From assembly GCA_041685205.1 (NCBI GenBank), contig JAWLGF010000002.1, forward strand, positions 16,477-80,476: DNA of 64,000 bases. The letters run 5' to 3'. This DNA is from Roseovarius sp. GTDB taxonomy: Bacteria; Pseudomonadota; Alphaproteobacteria; Rhodobacterales; Rhodobacteraceae. Of this stretch, positions 19,892-30,849 are shown piece after piece. Below the pieces are notes generated by a model. That model did no database searches. It was not told where the DNA came from and saw only the letters and a list, made by a program, of their open reading frames with translations. The position numbers and the translations under genes are program-made. The stretch's first letter is position 1. Each line of letters begins with the position of its first letter.

Positions 19892-21910
19892 TCAGCGCCA
19901 GAGATGGGCATGGGTGGCCAGCGCCCCTTGCAGCTTGGCGAGCAGGCGGTTTGACCGCGCGGGCGCGGGCAGCGGTCCATGCGCGAGACGGTCCGCCACC
20001 ACCTCGACCGGGCAGGGGGTGCCGGTGACGGGATCGAGGTAGCGCGGGTAATCGATCAGCGTGGCATGGACGAGACCGGCCAGTGTCGGGCGTGCCGCGC
20101 GCCGCGCCGGGATGTCCCCGAGGTCGCGCGTCAGGCCCCAGCCGGCGTAGAAGGGCGCGCCCGTGGTCGTGACGGGCACGCCGCGCAGCAGCGACTCGAA
20201 CCCCAGAAGCGAGGTCATGGTCCAGACGCCCTGAACATGGGGCAGCAATGTCGCAGGGTCGGTGTCTGCAAGCGTCGCGTCGGCCAGATCGCGCAGCGCC
20301 GCCCCGGGCACGGTGCCGGGGCGCAGCCCGGCTTCGACATCAGGGTGTGGCTTGTAAAGGATCATCGCGTCGGGATTGGCCGTGCGCGTGGTTTCCAGCA
20401 GCGCCAGATTGCTGGTGATCGCCCCTGCACCGCAGATGATCGACGCGTCATCCTCGACCTGTCCGGCCACGAGGATGCGGTGACCTGCGGGCAGCACGGG
20501 CGGCGCGCCGCCGCTGTTGTATTTGCTGAGGCCATGGGTCGTGAGCGCGGTGATCAGCCGTTCGACGCGCAAAGCCTGATCGGGGCGCAGCGTGGCGCGG
20601 GCCGCGATCAGATGCTCCAGCCGGCTTTCGACGGTGGGATCGTAATAGATCCCCAGATCATCAAGGACGAGTGACAGGGGCGGCACGAGGTCGGCCCCGC
20701 GCCCGCGCGAGCGCAGGAACCCGTCCTCGACCCGTGTGCCGGCCCCCGGGGCGGACTGCGCTTGCGTGGCCCAGGCCATCGACGGGCGGTGTCTTCGGGG
20801 CTGAGCGCCGAAGCGCAGCCGCGCATGGCGCCCGAAAAAGCGTTGCAGCGGCGCGCGCTTCCACAGGCGCATGCCATGGGCCGTCCAGCCACGGCGATCC
20901 TCGCGCCAAGACCTTGCCTCGGCCGCGAGCGCCTCGATCGCGGTTTCCGCATCGCAAAGCCGGTCGCCATGCGGATCGTACCAAACGGGGTAAAGCAGCA
21001 TCGCCCCCGCAAAGAGCTGCTCTGCGCTCAGCCTGCGTCCGCGGCGCGGCAGCGGCTGTGCGTGACGGTCCCTGGTCAGGCCCCAGCCGGCATAGAAGGG
21101 CTGACCGAAGACATGCGGGCGGTGGCCCGCGCAGATCGCCTCGAAGCCAAGCTGCGAGGTGACGGTGTAGACGGCGCGTGCGCCGGCCAGCAGGACCCAT
21201 GGGCTGACCGGATCGCGGATGAGCTGCGTGCGACCATCTTTGTCGGCATCCGAGTAATAGCCGGGCCGGTGACCGCGCGCGGTCTCGGGATGGGTCTTGA
21301 TCACGATTTGGGCGTCGGGGTGATCCTGTCGCGCCTGGTCAAGCATGTCCTGAAACGTGACCGCATCGGCCCCGCCATAGTTGACCGACGCATCGCCGCG
21401 TGCCTGGTCGATGACCAGGACGAAACCCGGATCTGGACAGGGCAGGCTGGGGTCGACGGCGCAGTATTTCGTCAGATGCGCCTCTTGCAGACGTGCGATG
21501 CAGCCTCGCGCGCGGGCCATCAGCGCGGGGTCGTCGAGCGGATGCGTGCCCAGAATATGCTCTAGATCCGAGGGCCGGCTTGCGTCGAAATGCACGCCGC
21601 GCCGGTCGAGCAGCAGACCGAGCGGCGCCGTCCTCTCCCGCCCGGGAAAGAGCGAGCGCAGGAAGGCATCCTCGATCCGGAGGAGACCCGCGCCGCTGCG
21701 CCTTGCCGCTGCCTCGCCCCGCGCGGCGAAAGGGCTGCGTCCCCAGACGCCGACCAGATCCTTCGGCGAGGGCCGGCCGATACGCAGATCATACCCCGCA
21801 AGCAACAGGATACGGCGCAGGCGGGCTTGCCGAAGAAACCCTGCGTTGAAATGGAAGAGCGTTCGCCGGAGCCGTGATGTGTTGGTGCCTGCGCCGCCGG
21901 ATGGCGTCAA
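19892..21910 (-). CDS. kpsC: Capsular polysaccharide Kdo transferase KpsC (two tandem domains)
   Basis: Duplicated EDxFLRS, KxHP, TS..GFE and PFYAGWGLT motifs; TTG start overlaps the kpsD stop. Confidence 0.88.
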   Translation of the reverse strand: MTPSGGAGTNTSRLRRTLFHFNAGFLRQARLRRILLLAGYDLRIGRPSPKDLVGVWGRSPFAARGEAAARRSGAGLLRIEDAFLRSLFPGRERTAPLGLLLDRRGVHFDASRPSDLEHILGTHPLDDPALMARARGCIARLQEAHLTKYCAVDPSLPCPDPGFVLVIDQARGDASVNYGGADAVTFQDMLDQARQDHPDAQIVIKTHPETARGHRPGYYSDADKDGRTQLIRDPVSPWVLLAGARAVYTVTSQLGFEAICAGHRPHVFGQPFYAGWGLTRDRHAQPLPRRGRRLSAEQLFAGAMLLYPVWYDPHGDRLCDAETAIEALAAEARSWREDRRGWTAHGMRLWKRAPLQRFFGRHARLRFGAQPRRHRPSMAWATQAQSAPGAGTRVEDGFLRSRGRGADLVPPLSLVLDDLGIYYDPTVESRLEHLIAARATLRPDQALRVERLITALTTHGLSKYNSGGAPPVLPAGHRILVAGQVEDDASIICGAGAITSNLALLETTRTANPDAMILYKPHPDVEAGLRPGTVPGAALRDLADATLADTDPATLLPHVQGVWTMTSLLGFESLLRGVPVTTTGAPFYAGWGLTRDLGDIPARRAARPTLAGLVHATLIDYPRYLDPVTGTPCPVEVVADRLAHGPLPAPARSNRLLAKLQGALATHAHLWR

Positions 21911-23055
21911 AAATCACCTTCGAGCGTATTTGCGGCGGTCGAGACCGAGCCCACGGCACCGAGCGTGCCGGTCAGGGACGCGATGATCTTGGACCACCTG
22001 GCGAACGGGGCCTCGGTGACATAGATCGTGTCGTCATCGCGGATGCCGAATTCCCGCGCATGGAACAGTCCCGAAGGGGCGGTCAGGTCGAGGACGTAGA
22101 TCATCCGCTGGTCCCGCGCGAGGTCACTGCGCCCCAGTACGGAGTTCGCGATGTCGGACGATTCGTCCCGCAACACGAAAATGCCGGTCGGATCCGAGGC
22201 GGCCGGCGTCAGGCCGCCGACCTGCGCGACGCCTTCCAGGGCGCTGAGGTCTTGCGACTGGAAGGTCACACGCGCCTGGCCGCCGGTGGCGCCGAGGACC
22301 GTGTAGGCGCGGGTGTCGGCCTCGACGAGGATCCTGTCCCCGCCACGCAGGGCGATGTCGTTTTGTGGCGACTCGAAGAGGTCGAGAAACCAAATCCGCG
22401 AACTCTGGTTGCCGCGGATCAGCTTGATCTGGGCGACCTCGGGTTCGATCGCGATGCCGCCGGCCGCTGCGAGCATTGACGAAAGGGTGCGGGTCGGCGC
22501 CTCGATGGAGTAGACCCCCTGACCGGAGACCGCCCCGCTGACCGACACCGTGGCGCCGTCACCGGCCACGCGACGCACCTCAACCTGCGGGTCGGGGGTC
22601 TGCTGGTCGAGCTTTTCGGTGATCACCCGGCGCACGGCCTCGGGCGTGTTGTCGGCAGCCTTGATGCGGCCCGCATAGGGCACGAAAATGAAGCCCGATC
22701 CATCGACCTGGACCTCTTCGAGGATGGTCTGATTGCCGGGCTGGCCTGCCAGAAGCCCGTCATCGACGTTTTCCCAGATGGTCAGCCCGAGCGTGTCTCC
22801 GGGGCGGATCGTGTCGGCCCCGAGGACATCGGCGCCTTTGAAAGCCGCGGAAAACCCGAGGCCGGGTGGCATGTCCGTGAGGCGCGCGATGCGGGTGTCC
22901 ACGTCGACGACATGGGCATCCCCCTGCTGGTCGACCGAGCTCTGGTAGATCTCTGCCTTGTCGGGGCCGCTGCGCGGCAAGGCACAGCCTGCCAGCATCA
23001 TCGTGGTGACCAGAAGCGCGAGGACTCTGACGCCTCTCATCTGTCGGGATATCAC
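21907..23055 (-). CDS. kpsD: Polysaccharide export outer-membrane lipoprotein (Wza/KpsD)
   Basis: Lipobox LAGC, PRSGP, VDGSGFIFVPYAGRI and SLBB repeats; GAGGAG RBS before GTG. Confidence 0.85.
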   Translation of the reverse strand: MISRQMRGVRVLALLVTTMMLAGCALPRSGPDKAEIYQSSVDQQGDAHVVDVDTRIARLTDMPPGLGFSAAFKGADVLGADTIRPGDTLGLTIWENVDDGLLAGQPGNQTILEEVQVDGSGFIFVPYAGRIKAADNTPEAVRRVITEKLDQQTPDPQVEVRRVAGDGATVSVSGAVSGQGVYSIEAPTRTLSSMLAAAGGIAIEPEVAQIKLIRGNQSSRIWFLDLFESPQNDIALRGGDRILVEADTRAYTVLGATGGQARVTFQSQDLSALEGVAQVGGLTPAASDPTGIFVLRDESSDIANSVLGRSDLARDQRMIYVLDLTAPSGLFHAREFGIRDDDTIYVTEAPFARWSKIIASLTGTLGAVGSVSTAANTLEGDF

Positions 23056-23146
23056 GGCCCGGCCTCCTCGACCTGCTGTTTTGACTTGTGTTTGGCGGAC
23101 GCTAGACGCGCTTTGGAAGAAGATCCAGCCCATGCAAGCCGCGATG

Positions 23147-24438
23147 TCAGGGGACCATGCGCACGTGTTGCCGTGGTGCCGCGGTGCCTTGGCGCAGGGC
23201 ATCATAGGGATCGTCAGGCGCGAGCATCATGTCCACGACATGGCGCAGCACCTGACGGCGTCCGCGCGCCGAATAGAAACCGCCAGGCACCTGGCTGGTC
23301 TCCAGCAGAAAGCGACGGTAATCGGCATAGGCGCTGCGGTCGGGGCGGTCGGCGGTGGCGAAAAACTCGGGCAGGGGTGAGTCCGAGACGAGTTGCGGCT
23401 TGGCGTAGACCGCCCGCCCGAAGATGCGCAGCGGGATCCCGCGCCAGAGCACCTGTTGCCCTGCCGTCGAATTTATGGTCACCGCGCTGCGTGCCTCGTC
23501 CAGAATCCGCGCAAGCTTGCCACCGTGCAGGAAATGCACTCGGCCTTGCACACCGTGAGCCTTCACAAGACGGTTCAGCAACGCGAGGATCGGCGCGCGG
23601 CCATCCTCCAGCGGGTGTGCCTTGACCACGAGGTGATGATGCCCCGGCGCGCCGCGGGCAAATCCGTCGATCACGGTCTCGAGGAATTCCGCCGTCGTTG
23701 TGAAGGGCGAATGCGCCTGGATGGCAGAGTCGTGTTCCAGTTGCAGCAGGGCCACATGGTAGGGAAAGCCCCCCGCCGGATCCGCCGCGTGGCGATATGC
23801 CTGCCCACCATGTGAGCCGGCATCATCAGAAGCCGTTTCAGATAGAGCGAGAATTCCTGTCCGACGCTGAGCGCGCGATGCGGTCGAAAGCCCCGGTAGC
23901 CGTGGTTCAGGCACAGGACGACCCCGTGATAGAGCGCACCGTAAAAGATGTGCTGGCGCATGTCGCCCCAGCTTGCCGGGGGCGGGGTGCTGTCCGTGTG
24001 CGGATGCTCCAGCGCGGCGCGCATCTCCGGCAGGCCGATGTCCATCAGCCGGGAGTGGCCGTTGGCGCCGTCGCGTTCATAGGTCACCCAGTAGGGCCGC
24101 ATGTACCCTTCTTCGAACACGTGGACCGTCACGCCTTCGGCGCGCGCGATCCTGATGGCGTGTGCATGGATCGGACGGGTGTCGCCGTAGAGCACGATAT
24201 CGGTGATGGCCTTCTCGGCAAGGATCCGGCACAGGCGATCGGGCCAGTCATCGGCCCGCCCGCGAAAGGCGATGTAATGCGCCCTCGCGGGCCAGAAGGC
24301 ACGATCCCCGGCATTGAACCCGACGCGCCAGACCACTGCCCCGGTCTGGCGCAGCATCCGCGCCAGGCTATGAAAGAACGGCCCATGCGGACCCTGCAGA
24401 AGTAAAAATGCGCGGCGCATGCCAGTTTGCCCTGTCAT
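23147..24438 (-). pseudogene. kpsS: Capsule biosynthesis protein KpsS, split by a one-base frameshift at a G6 run (C6 at 23769-23774 on + strand)
   Basis: N-half LLLQGPHGPFF..FEEGYMRP and C-half LLQLEHD..VKAHP..TINST.G..FGRAVY lie in different frames; adding one G restores ...RIRRGGFPYHVALLQ... Confidence 0.85.
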
Positions 24439-24577
24439 CTCTACGGCGTCCTTTTGCCATCTGATCCCGACACCGTAGGATATCGTGCATGGGAATTTAA
24501 GGGCTGCGTCGTGAGCTCGGCTTGTCTTGCGCTGTCAGCGGGGCTAGATCCGGCATGCGACAGGAAAGGAGCCGTCG

Positions 24578-25165
24578 ATGTTCACCGGCATTATAACCGA
24601 TATCGGGCAGATACGCAGCATCGAGACGCGCGGCGACACGCGGGCACGTATCGGTACGGGATACGACACGGGCACGATCGCCATCGGGGCCTCCATCGCA
24701 TGTGATGGGGCTTGCCTGACCGTTGTCGATCTCGGATCGGACTGGTTCGCGGTCGACGTGTCCGCAGAAACACTTTCCAAGACCAACCTGTCGGAGTGGC
24801 AGTCCGGCAAGCACGTCAATCTCGAACGCGCGCTGCGGGTCGGGGACGAACTGGGCGGTCATATCGTGGCCGGCCATGTCGACGGGCTTGCCGAGGTTGT
24901 GGGCCTGCGCGACGAGGGCGACAGCACGCGGGTCACTCTGCGTGCGCCCGGCGATCTGGCGCGCTTCATCGCCCCGAAAGGGTCTGTCGCGCTGAACGGG
25001 ACCTCGGTCACGGTGAACGATGTCGCGGGGTGCGAATTCGGGATCAACTTCATTCCCCACACCAAGGATGTGACAACATGGGGCGAGGTGGCCATGGGCG
25101 ATCTTGTCAACCTGGAGATCGACACGCTGGCGCGTTACGTCGCGCGATTGGCCGAATTGGCCTGA
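24578..25165 (+). CDS. ribE: Riboflavin synthase (alpha chain)
   Basis: MFTGII, GACLTV, NLERAL and GGHIVAGHVD motifs. Confidence 0.95.
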   Translation: MFTGIITDIGQIRSIETRGDTRARIGTGYDTGTIAIGASIACDGACLTVVDLGSDWFAVDVSAETLSKTNLSEWQSGKHVNLERALRVGDELGGHIVAGHVDGLAEVVGLRDEGDSTRVTLRAPGDLARFIAPKGSVALNGTSVTVNDVAGCEFGINFIPHTKDVTTWGEVAMGDLVNLEIDTLARYVARLAELA

Positions 25166-25272
25166 GCCGGTTCGCGGAAAATCCAACGAGAGGTGAGACG
25201 CGGATTCGCGTCCCACCGCCCTGGCCGTTTTCACGCCAAGAAACTGTCGGTTTCGTGAGTGTCCGCTTGAGA

Positions 25273-25479
25273 TCAGAGCAGCTTCAGATCGCTCGCCATC
25301 TGACGCCCGTCGCGCCCGTCCATCAGCTCGAACGCGACCTTCTGATTGTCCGCAAGGCCGGTCAGCCCCGACCGTTCCACAGCGGAGATATGCACGAACA
25401 CGTCCTTGCCGCCGTCCTCGGGGGCGATAAAACCGTAACCCTTCGTCGTATTGAACCACTTCACGGTGCCGGTTGGCAT
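25273..25479 (-). CDS. Cold-shock protein (CspA family)
   Basis: GTVKWFN..KGYGFI and DVFVHISA motifs. Confidence 0.95.
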   Translation of the reverse strand: MPTGTVKWFNTTKGYGFIAPEDGGKDVFVHISAVERSGLTGLADNQKVAFELMDGRDGRQMASDLKLL

Positions 25480-25687
25480 GCCGCTTCTCCTTTGTCTTCG
25501 CGTCCCCGGAATATGCCGGGCCATCTTTTGACATTGGCGCATGCGGCGTCTGTCCTGCGCGGCGCGACCCCGAGCCCGCTGTCCAATGCCCCTTGATGAT
25601 TGCACCGGTTATGTAAAAATCAAGCTAAACTCAGTGACGCGGGTGCAAATGCCCGGTATTGAGGCGGCAAATGAAAGGGGGCCGCCC

Positions 25688-26002
25688 GTGAAGCTTTATG
25701 GTCTGAAAACCTGTGATACCTGCCGCAAGGCATTGAAAGAACTTGAAACCGCCGAGTTCCACGACCTGCGTGCGGACGGCCTGCCCAAGGATGTGGCGCG
25801 CGCGGCGCATGCGCGGTTCGGCTCGGATCTGGTGAATCGCAGATCGACGACGTGGCGGCAATTGTCCGAGGCCGACCGGTCGCGCGATGCGCTGGCGCTG
25901 CTGGCCGATCACCCGACCCTGATGAAGCGCCCGCTGATCGACGATGATGGCACGCTGTATCTCGGCTGGGGCAAAGACACACGCGCGGCACTGCTCGGGT
26001 AA
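25688..26002 (+). CDS. ArsC/Spx/YffB family protein
   Basis: YGLKTCDTCRKA, NRRSTTWR and PTLMKRP motifs; GTG start. Confidence 0.85.
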   Translation: MKLYGLKTCDTCRKALKELETAEFHDLRADGLPKDVARAAHARFGSDLVNRRSTTWRQLSEADRSRDALALLADHPTLMKRPLIDDDGTLYLGWGKDTRAALLG

Positions 26003-26047
26003 AGCGCACGATATCGCGGAAGCGGCTGGTGAAAGGAAAGATGGAAC

Positions 26048-26416
26048 ATGCGCAGCGCGGCAATGGTTCTTGGGATTATCGGTGGATGTCTGGCGGTTCT
26101 CGTCGGCTTTTTCAGCTACGGCTATACCGAGGCTGTCGATCGCTTTGACGAGATCGAGGGGCTGCTGGGGCAGGTGGCCGACCCGGCGCTGATCCGGACG
26201 GCGAGCTTCCTGGCGCCGCTGCTGGCCATTGCCGGGGGCGCGATGGCCAAGATCCGGGCGCTGTTTGGGGGGGTGCTGCTGATCCTGTCGGCGGGGCTGA
26301 TGTATTACGCGTTTGGCTTCAACGTCTTCACCATGTTCCCAATCGGCATGGCGGGCCTGGCCGGTCTGCTCGCCGTGGGCGCCGGCAAACCCGACGAACC
26401 CAAATCACATTTCTGA
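26048..26416 (+). CDS. Hypothetical membrane protein (about 4 TM)
   Basis: Hydrophobic Gly-rich segments, RBS, coding-like codon use, followed by a terminator. Confidence 0.7.
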   Translation: MRSAAMVLGIIGGCLAVLVGFFSYGYTEAVDRFDEIEGLLGQVADPALIRTASFLAPLLAIAGGAMAKIRALFGGVLLILSAGLMYYAFGFNVFTMFPIGMAGLAGLLAVGAGKPDEPKSHF

Positions 26417-26432
26417 ACGACGGATCGCGCAT

Positions 26433-26469
26433 GCAAAAACGCCCCGGTTCCATGACCGGGGCGTTTTGC
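26433..26469. terminator. Bidirectional intrinsic terminator
   Basis: AAAACGCCCCGGT/ACCGGGGCGTTTT hairpin between convergent genes. Confidence 0.85.
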
Positions 26470-26488
26470 GTTCGGGGTGCACGCCGGA

Positions 26489-28087
26489 TCAGCCGAGCGC
26501 GGCGGCCTTCACGTCGTCGTCGATATAGGGCACGTATTGGGCGAAGTTCTCGGCAAACATCTGGACCAGCTTGGCTGCCTGCCGATCGTAGGCGTCGGCG
26601 TCGTCCCACGTGCGGCGCGGGTCGAGCAGGACCTCGGCCACGCCCGGCACGGCGACCGGCACGTCAAAGCCGAAATTCTTGTCCTTGCGGAACTCGGCGT
26701 CGCCGAGCGACCCGTCGAGCGCCGCTGTCAAAAGTGCCCGCGTGGCCCGAATAGGCATGCGCGAACCGGTTCCGTGCGCGCCCCCTGTCCAGCCGGTATT
26801 GACCAGCCAGCAGGTCGCGCCATGCGACGCGATCTTGCTTTTCAGCAGGTTGCCATAGACCTCCGGGCGCCTTGGCATGAAGGGCGCACCGAAGCAGGTC
26901 GAGAAGGTCGGCTCGGGCTCGGTCAGGCCGCGTTCGGTTCCTGCCACCTTGGCGGTGAAGCCTGACAGGAAGTGATACATCGCCTGCGCCGGCGTCAGCC
27001 GTGCGATCGGAGGCAGGACGCCGAACGCGTCGCAGGTGAGCATGATGATGTTCTTGGGGTGACCGCCAAGCGCTGTCTCGGATGCGTTCGAGATATAATG
27101 CATCGGGTAGGCGCAGCGCATGTTCGCGGTCAGGCTGTCATCCTCGAAGTCGAGCTCCAGCGTCTCGGGATCGAACACCATGTTCTCGATCAGAGTGCCG
27201 AACCGTCCGGTGGTGGCGTAGATCTCGGGCTCGGCCTCGGGATCGAGGTTGATCGTCTTGGCGTAGCACCCGCCCTCGAAATTGAAGATACCGCGTTCCG
27301 ACCAGCCATGCTCGTCATCGCCGATCAGGGTCCGCTCGGGATCTGCCGACAGGGTCGTCTTGCCGGTGCCCGACAGGCCGAAGAAGATCGCCGAATCCAC
27401 GGGATTGTCCTGCGCATGGTTGGCCGAGCAGTGCATCGGCATCACCCCCTTATCGGGTAGCAGGTAATTGAGCAGCGTGAAGATGGATTTCTTGTTCTCG
27501 CCGGCATATTCGGTGTTCGCGACAAGGATGATCTTGCGATCGAAATTCATCGCGATCACGGTCTCGGACCGGCAGCCATGTCGCGCGGGATCGGCCTTGA
27601 AGCCGGGACAGTTGATTACCGTGTAATCGGCCACGAAACTGTCCAGCACGTCGCGGTTGGGGCGGCGGAACATGGTGCGGTTGAAAAGGCTGTGCCACGC
27701 GAGCTGGGTGATCATGCGGACGTTGAGGGCAAGCGCCGGATCGGCGCCGCACACGAGATCCTCGACGAACATGTCGCGCGATTTCATGTACTGCTTCATG
27801 TCCTCATAGAGCGTGTCGAACGCCTCGGGCGTCATCTCGGCGTTGTTGTCCCACCAGATCGTGTCGCGCGTGGTGTCGGATACGACGACATGCTTGTCCT
27901 TGGGCGAGCGTCCGGTGAATTTTCCGGTGCTGACAAGAAACGTGCCGCCCAGTCCAAGCCTTCCCTCGTCACGCTTCAAAGCGGCCTCGATCAGCGCCGG
28001 TTCGATGAGGTTGTAATGGATATCGCCCAGTCCGGTGATACCTTGGTCCTCAAGCCGGAATTCAGGGTTGACCCGTCCCAATGTCAT
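26489..28087 (-). CDS. pckA: Phosphoenolpyruvate carboxykinase (ATP)
   Basis: [31 protein letters not shown] and NFEGGCYAK motifs. Confidence 0.97.
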   Translation of the reverse strand: MTLGRVNPEFRLEDQGITGLGDIHYNLIEPALIEAALKRDEGRLGLGGTFLVSTGKFTGRSPKDKHVVVSDTTRDTIWWDNNAEMTPEAFDTLYEDMKQYMKSRDMFVEDLVCGADPALALNVRMITQLAWHSLFNRTMFRRPNRDVLDSFVADYTVINCPGFKADPARHGCRSETVIAMNFDRKIILVANTEYAGENKKSIFTLLNYLLPDKGVMPMHCSANHAQDNPVDSAIFFGLSGTGKTTLSADPERTLIGDDEHGWSERGIFNFEGGCYAKTINLDPEAEPEIYATTGRFGTLIENMVFDPETLELDFEDDSLTANMRCAYPMHYISNASETALGGHPKNIIMLTCDAFGVLPPIARLTPAQAMYHFLSGFTAKVAGTERGLTEPEPTFSTCFGAPFMPRRPEVYGNLLKSKIASHGATCWLVNTGWTGGAHGTGSRMPIRATRALLTAALDGSLGDAEFRKDKNFGFDVPVAVPGVAEVLLDPRRTWDDADAYDRQAAKLVQMFAENFAQYVPYIDDDVKAAALG

Positions 28088-28425
28088 GATGCCTTGCTCC
28101 TGTGCGTCTTGTCCGCGCGCCTGCGGCCTTTGATCCGACACCACACCGCGGCGGTGCCTGTCGGGCTTCTTGCCCGGCTGTCATGCTCGTAGCATGTCCG
28201 CTTTGTGAATTGACAGATGGTTTTTCGCAGTTAGCGCAATCACCCCTGCGGCCTTGCAACCCTGCGGTGAGTACGGAATCGACCCTCCTACTTAAACGGT
28301 ATTCCGAAAGAATTCAGTGATTTGAAAGGAATTTCTGTTATATTGAGGCCTGAGGAAACAAAAGTTTACGGGTAAAGATTTTTGGGGCGCGGTTGCAGGT
28401 TCAAGCGCGGATAGTGGGTCGAAAT

Positions 28426-29151
28426 ATGATCAAATCAACCAAGTCACGCGGGCCGAGAATCGCGCTCGTGGACGATGATCGCAACATCCTGACATCTCTC
28501 GGCATGACGCTGGAGGCCGAAGGCTTCGAGGTCGAGGTGTATAATGACGGTCGCCAAGCGCTAGAGGCATTCCACCGGAAGGTGCCGGACCTTGCCTTGC
28601 TCGACCTCAGGATGCCACGCATGGACGGGATGGATCTTCTGCAACGCCTGCGCGGGCATTGGCAGATTCCGGTGATACTCCTGACTTCCAAGGATGACGA
28701 GATAGACGAAGTGCTCGGCTTGCGCATGGGAGCGGACGACTACGTGAAAAAGCCGTTCTCACAAAGAATTCTCGTGGAACGCATGCGGGCCCTGCTGCGC
28801 AGGCATCAGGGAGCGGCGCCGCGCATGCAGATCGAGGTCAATGCAGGCCCGATCCTCGATCGTGGTGATCTTCGCATGGACCCGCAACGACACACGGTGA
28901 CCTGGAAAGGCCACGCGGTGGTGCTCACCGGGACGGAATTCCTGCTGCTTCACGCGCTGGCGGAACGTCCCGGTTTCGTCAAGACCCGTGATCAGTTGAT
29001 GGACGTGGCTTATGACGATCGTATCTACGTGGACGACCGCACCATCGACAGTCATGTGAAGCGCTTGCGCAAGAAGTTGCGCCTCGTCGATCCCGGCTTT
29101 GCGGCGATAGAGACGCTTTATGGCATCGGATATCGCTTCAACCCGAGTTGA
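28426..29151 (+). CDS. chvI: Response regulator ChvI
   Basis: [23 protein letters not shown] and DDRTIDSH motifs; divergent from pckA. Confidence 0.9.
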   Translation: MIKSTKSRGPRIALVDDDRNILTSLGMTLEAEGFEVEVYNDGRQALEAFHRKVPDLALLDLRMPRMDGMDLLQRLRGHWQIPVILLTSKDDEIDEVLGLRMGADDYVKKPFSQRILVERMRALLRRHQGAAPRMQIEVNAGPILDRGDLRMDPQRHTVTWKGHAVVLTGTEFLLLHALAERPGFVKTRDQLMDVAYDDRIYVDDRTIDSHVKRLRKKLRLVDPGFAAIETLYGIGYRFNPS

Positions 29152-29163
29152 TGGCGTCGTCGC

Positions 29164-30846
29164 GTGGTGAAAGGGTGTGTTTTGCTGCCATGGTCGAAAA
29201 AGGATCGCGCCCGGCGTGGCCGCGCATCCAACCGTTCCGCCGGCGCAACCGACCCGGGGCAGGACCGGGCCAGGACGCCGGGATCCGCGCTCTGGCGCAG
29301 GATCGTCATCTTCAACCTGATCGCCCTCAACAGCGTCGTTATCGGTGTCCTTTACTTCGGTGGTGCACAGGACACGCTTGTCAGGCAAAGCGCGGACAAC
29401 CTTCTGCGGACGGTTACCCTCATGTCCGGCGCGATCCAAGCGCGCGGGCCCGATGACACTCCGCAAAACGCGCCGTCAGGCGTCGCGCCGACCGATCTCG
29501 AGCCTCTGCGTGCCCTGTCCCCAGGCGCGGGGTCCGAGATCTGGCTGTTCGACCGGAACGGGCGCCTGCTTGACCACGAAGTGTGGCCTGCGGATGCGGG
29601 AACGCCGCGGTCGGCGCAGCCCGAAACACCGATCATGGATGGTCTGGACCAGATCGGCGATTGGTTGACCGGCGGGTCGCGTGCCACAAGCGCGCCGGAG
29701 AGATCCCGGCCGTCCGATGACGTGGCGCGCGACATCGCCGAGCGTGTGCTGGCTACGGGGACAGGCATGCGCAATGACGACATCGCGTCCGGATCCCCAT
29801 TGATCGCCGCCGCGCCGGTCGGCGCCGGGCCTGCACCCGCCGCCGTGCTGGTGCTTGCCGATACTGCGCACGCGCGAAACGGGCTGATCCGGTCCGAGTG
29901 CGAGCGCGCGCTGCGGATCTTGCTCGTCGCCGTGCTCATTTCGGTGGGGCTCGGCCTGACGCTGATCGCGAGGATTGCGGGGCCATTGGCTGATCTCGCA
30001 ACGCCGGCAGAGACCGCGCGCGAACGCGCCGGGCAGGCGCCCGATTCGGTCGGGCGCCGCCGCTTGTCGGATATGACCGCAGGGGCCGACGAGATCGGGC
30101 GATTGTCAGAGTCCTTGCGCGGCATGGTCACGGCGCTGTATCAAAGGATCGAAAGCAACGAGCAGTTTCTTGCCGACGTGGCCCACGAGATGAATAACCC
30201 TCTGACAAGCCTGCGATTTGCCGTTGACACGGTGCGGACGAGCCCGCGTCTCGATCAGCGCGAGCGTCTTTTCGACGTGATCGACCACGACGTGCGTCGT
30301 CTCGAGAGACTGGTGAACGACATAGCCAGCGCATCGCGGCTCGACAGCGATCTGGTCAAGGAAGAAACGACCCGCTTCGATCTTGTCGCGATGCTACGCA
30401 CCCAGAGCGCGGGTCTCGAACCGCGGGCCGAACGCAAAGGGGTGACCATCCTGACCGAGTTGCCCGGTCAGCCGATATTCATCGACGGGCTCGAATCGCG
30501 TCTTGCGCAGGTGTTCGTCAACCTGATCACCAACGCGATCAGCTTCTGCGAGGCGGGCGACACGATCCGCATCTGGGCGCGGCGCCGGGCCGGCCGGGTG
30601 CTGGTCGTGGTCGAGGATACCGGGCCGGGCATTCCGCCGGACGGTCTCGACAGAATCTTCGAGAGGTTCTATTCGAACCGCCCGGATGCAGATTTCGGCA
30701 ATCATTCCGGCCTTGGCCTCGCCATCTCCAAGCAGATCGTTGAGGCGCATGATGGTGTCATCTGGGCCGAAAACATCCAGCCGGCCGAGGCCGACGCCAC
30801 CTCCGACCCGCTCGGTGCGCGGTTCGTGGTCGGTCTGTCGGTCTAG
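29164..30846 (+). CDS. chvG: Sensor histidine kinase ChvG
   Basis: Two TM segments, HAMP (DEIGRLS), H-box ADVAHE, N/G boxes, FERFY and GLGLAIS; operon context. Confidence 0.85.
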   Translation: MVKGCVLLPWSKKDRARRGRASNRSAGATDPGQDRARTPGSALWRRIVIFNLIALNSVVIGVLYFGGAQDTLVRQSADNLLRTVTLMSGAIQARGPDDTPQNAPSGVAPTDLEPLRALSPGAGSEIWLFDRNGRLLDHEVWPADAGTPRSAQPETPIMDGLDQIGDWLTGGSRATSAPERSRPSDDVARDIAERVLATGTGMRNDDIASGSPLIAAAPVGAGPAPAAVLVLADTAHARNGLIRSECERALRILLVAVLISVGLGLTLIARIAGPLADLATPAETARERAGQAPDSVGRRRLSDMTAGADEIGRLSESLRGMVTALYQRIESNEQFLADVAHEMNNPLTSLRFAVDTVRTSPRLDQRERLFDVIDHDVRRLERLVNDIASASRLDSDLVKEETTRFDLVAMLRTQSAGLEPRAERKGVTILTELPGQPIFIDGLESRLAQVFVNLITNAISFCEAGDTIRIWARRRAGRVLVVVEDTGPGIPPDGLDRIFERFYSNRPDADFGNHSGLGLAISKQIVEAHDGVIWAENIQPAEADATSDPLGARFVVGLSV

Positions 30847-30849
30847 CCG

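Noticed and set aside
24439..24577. FMN riboswitch before riboflavin synthase (also checked before ribA)
   Set aside because: No RFN consensus sequence, and the leaders are short
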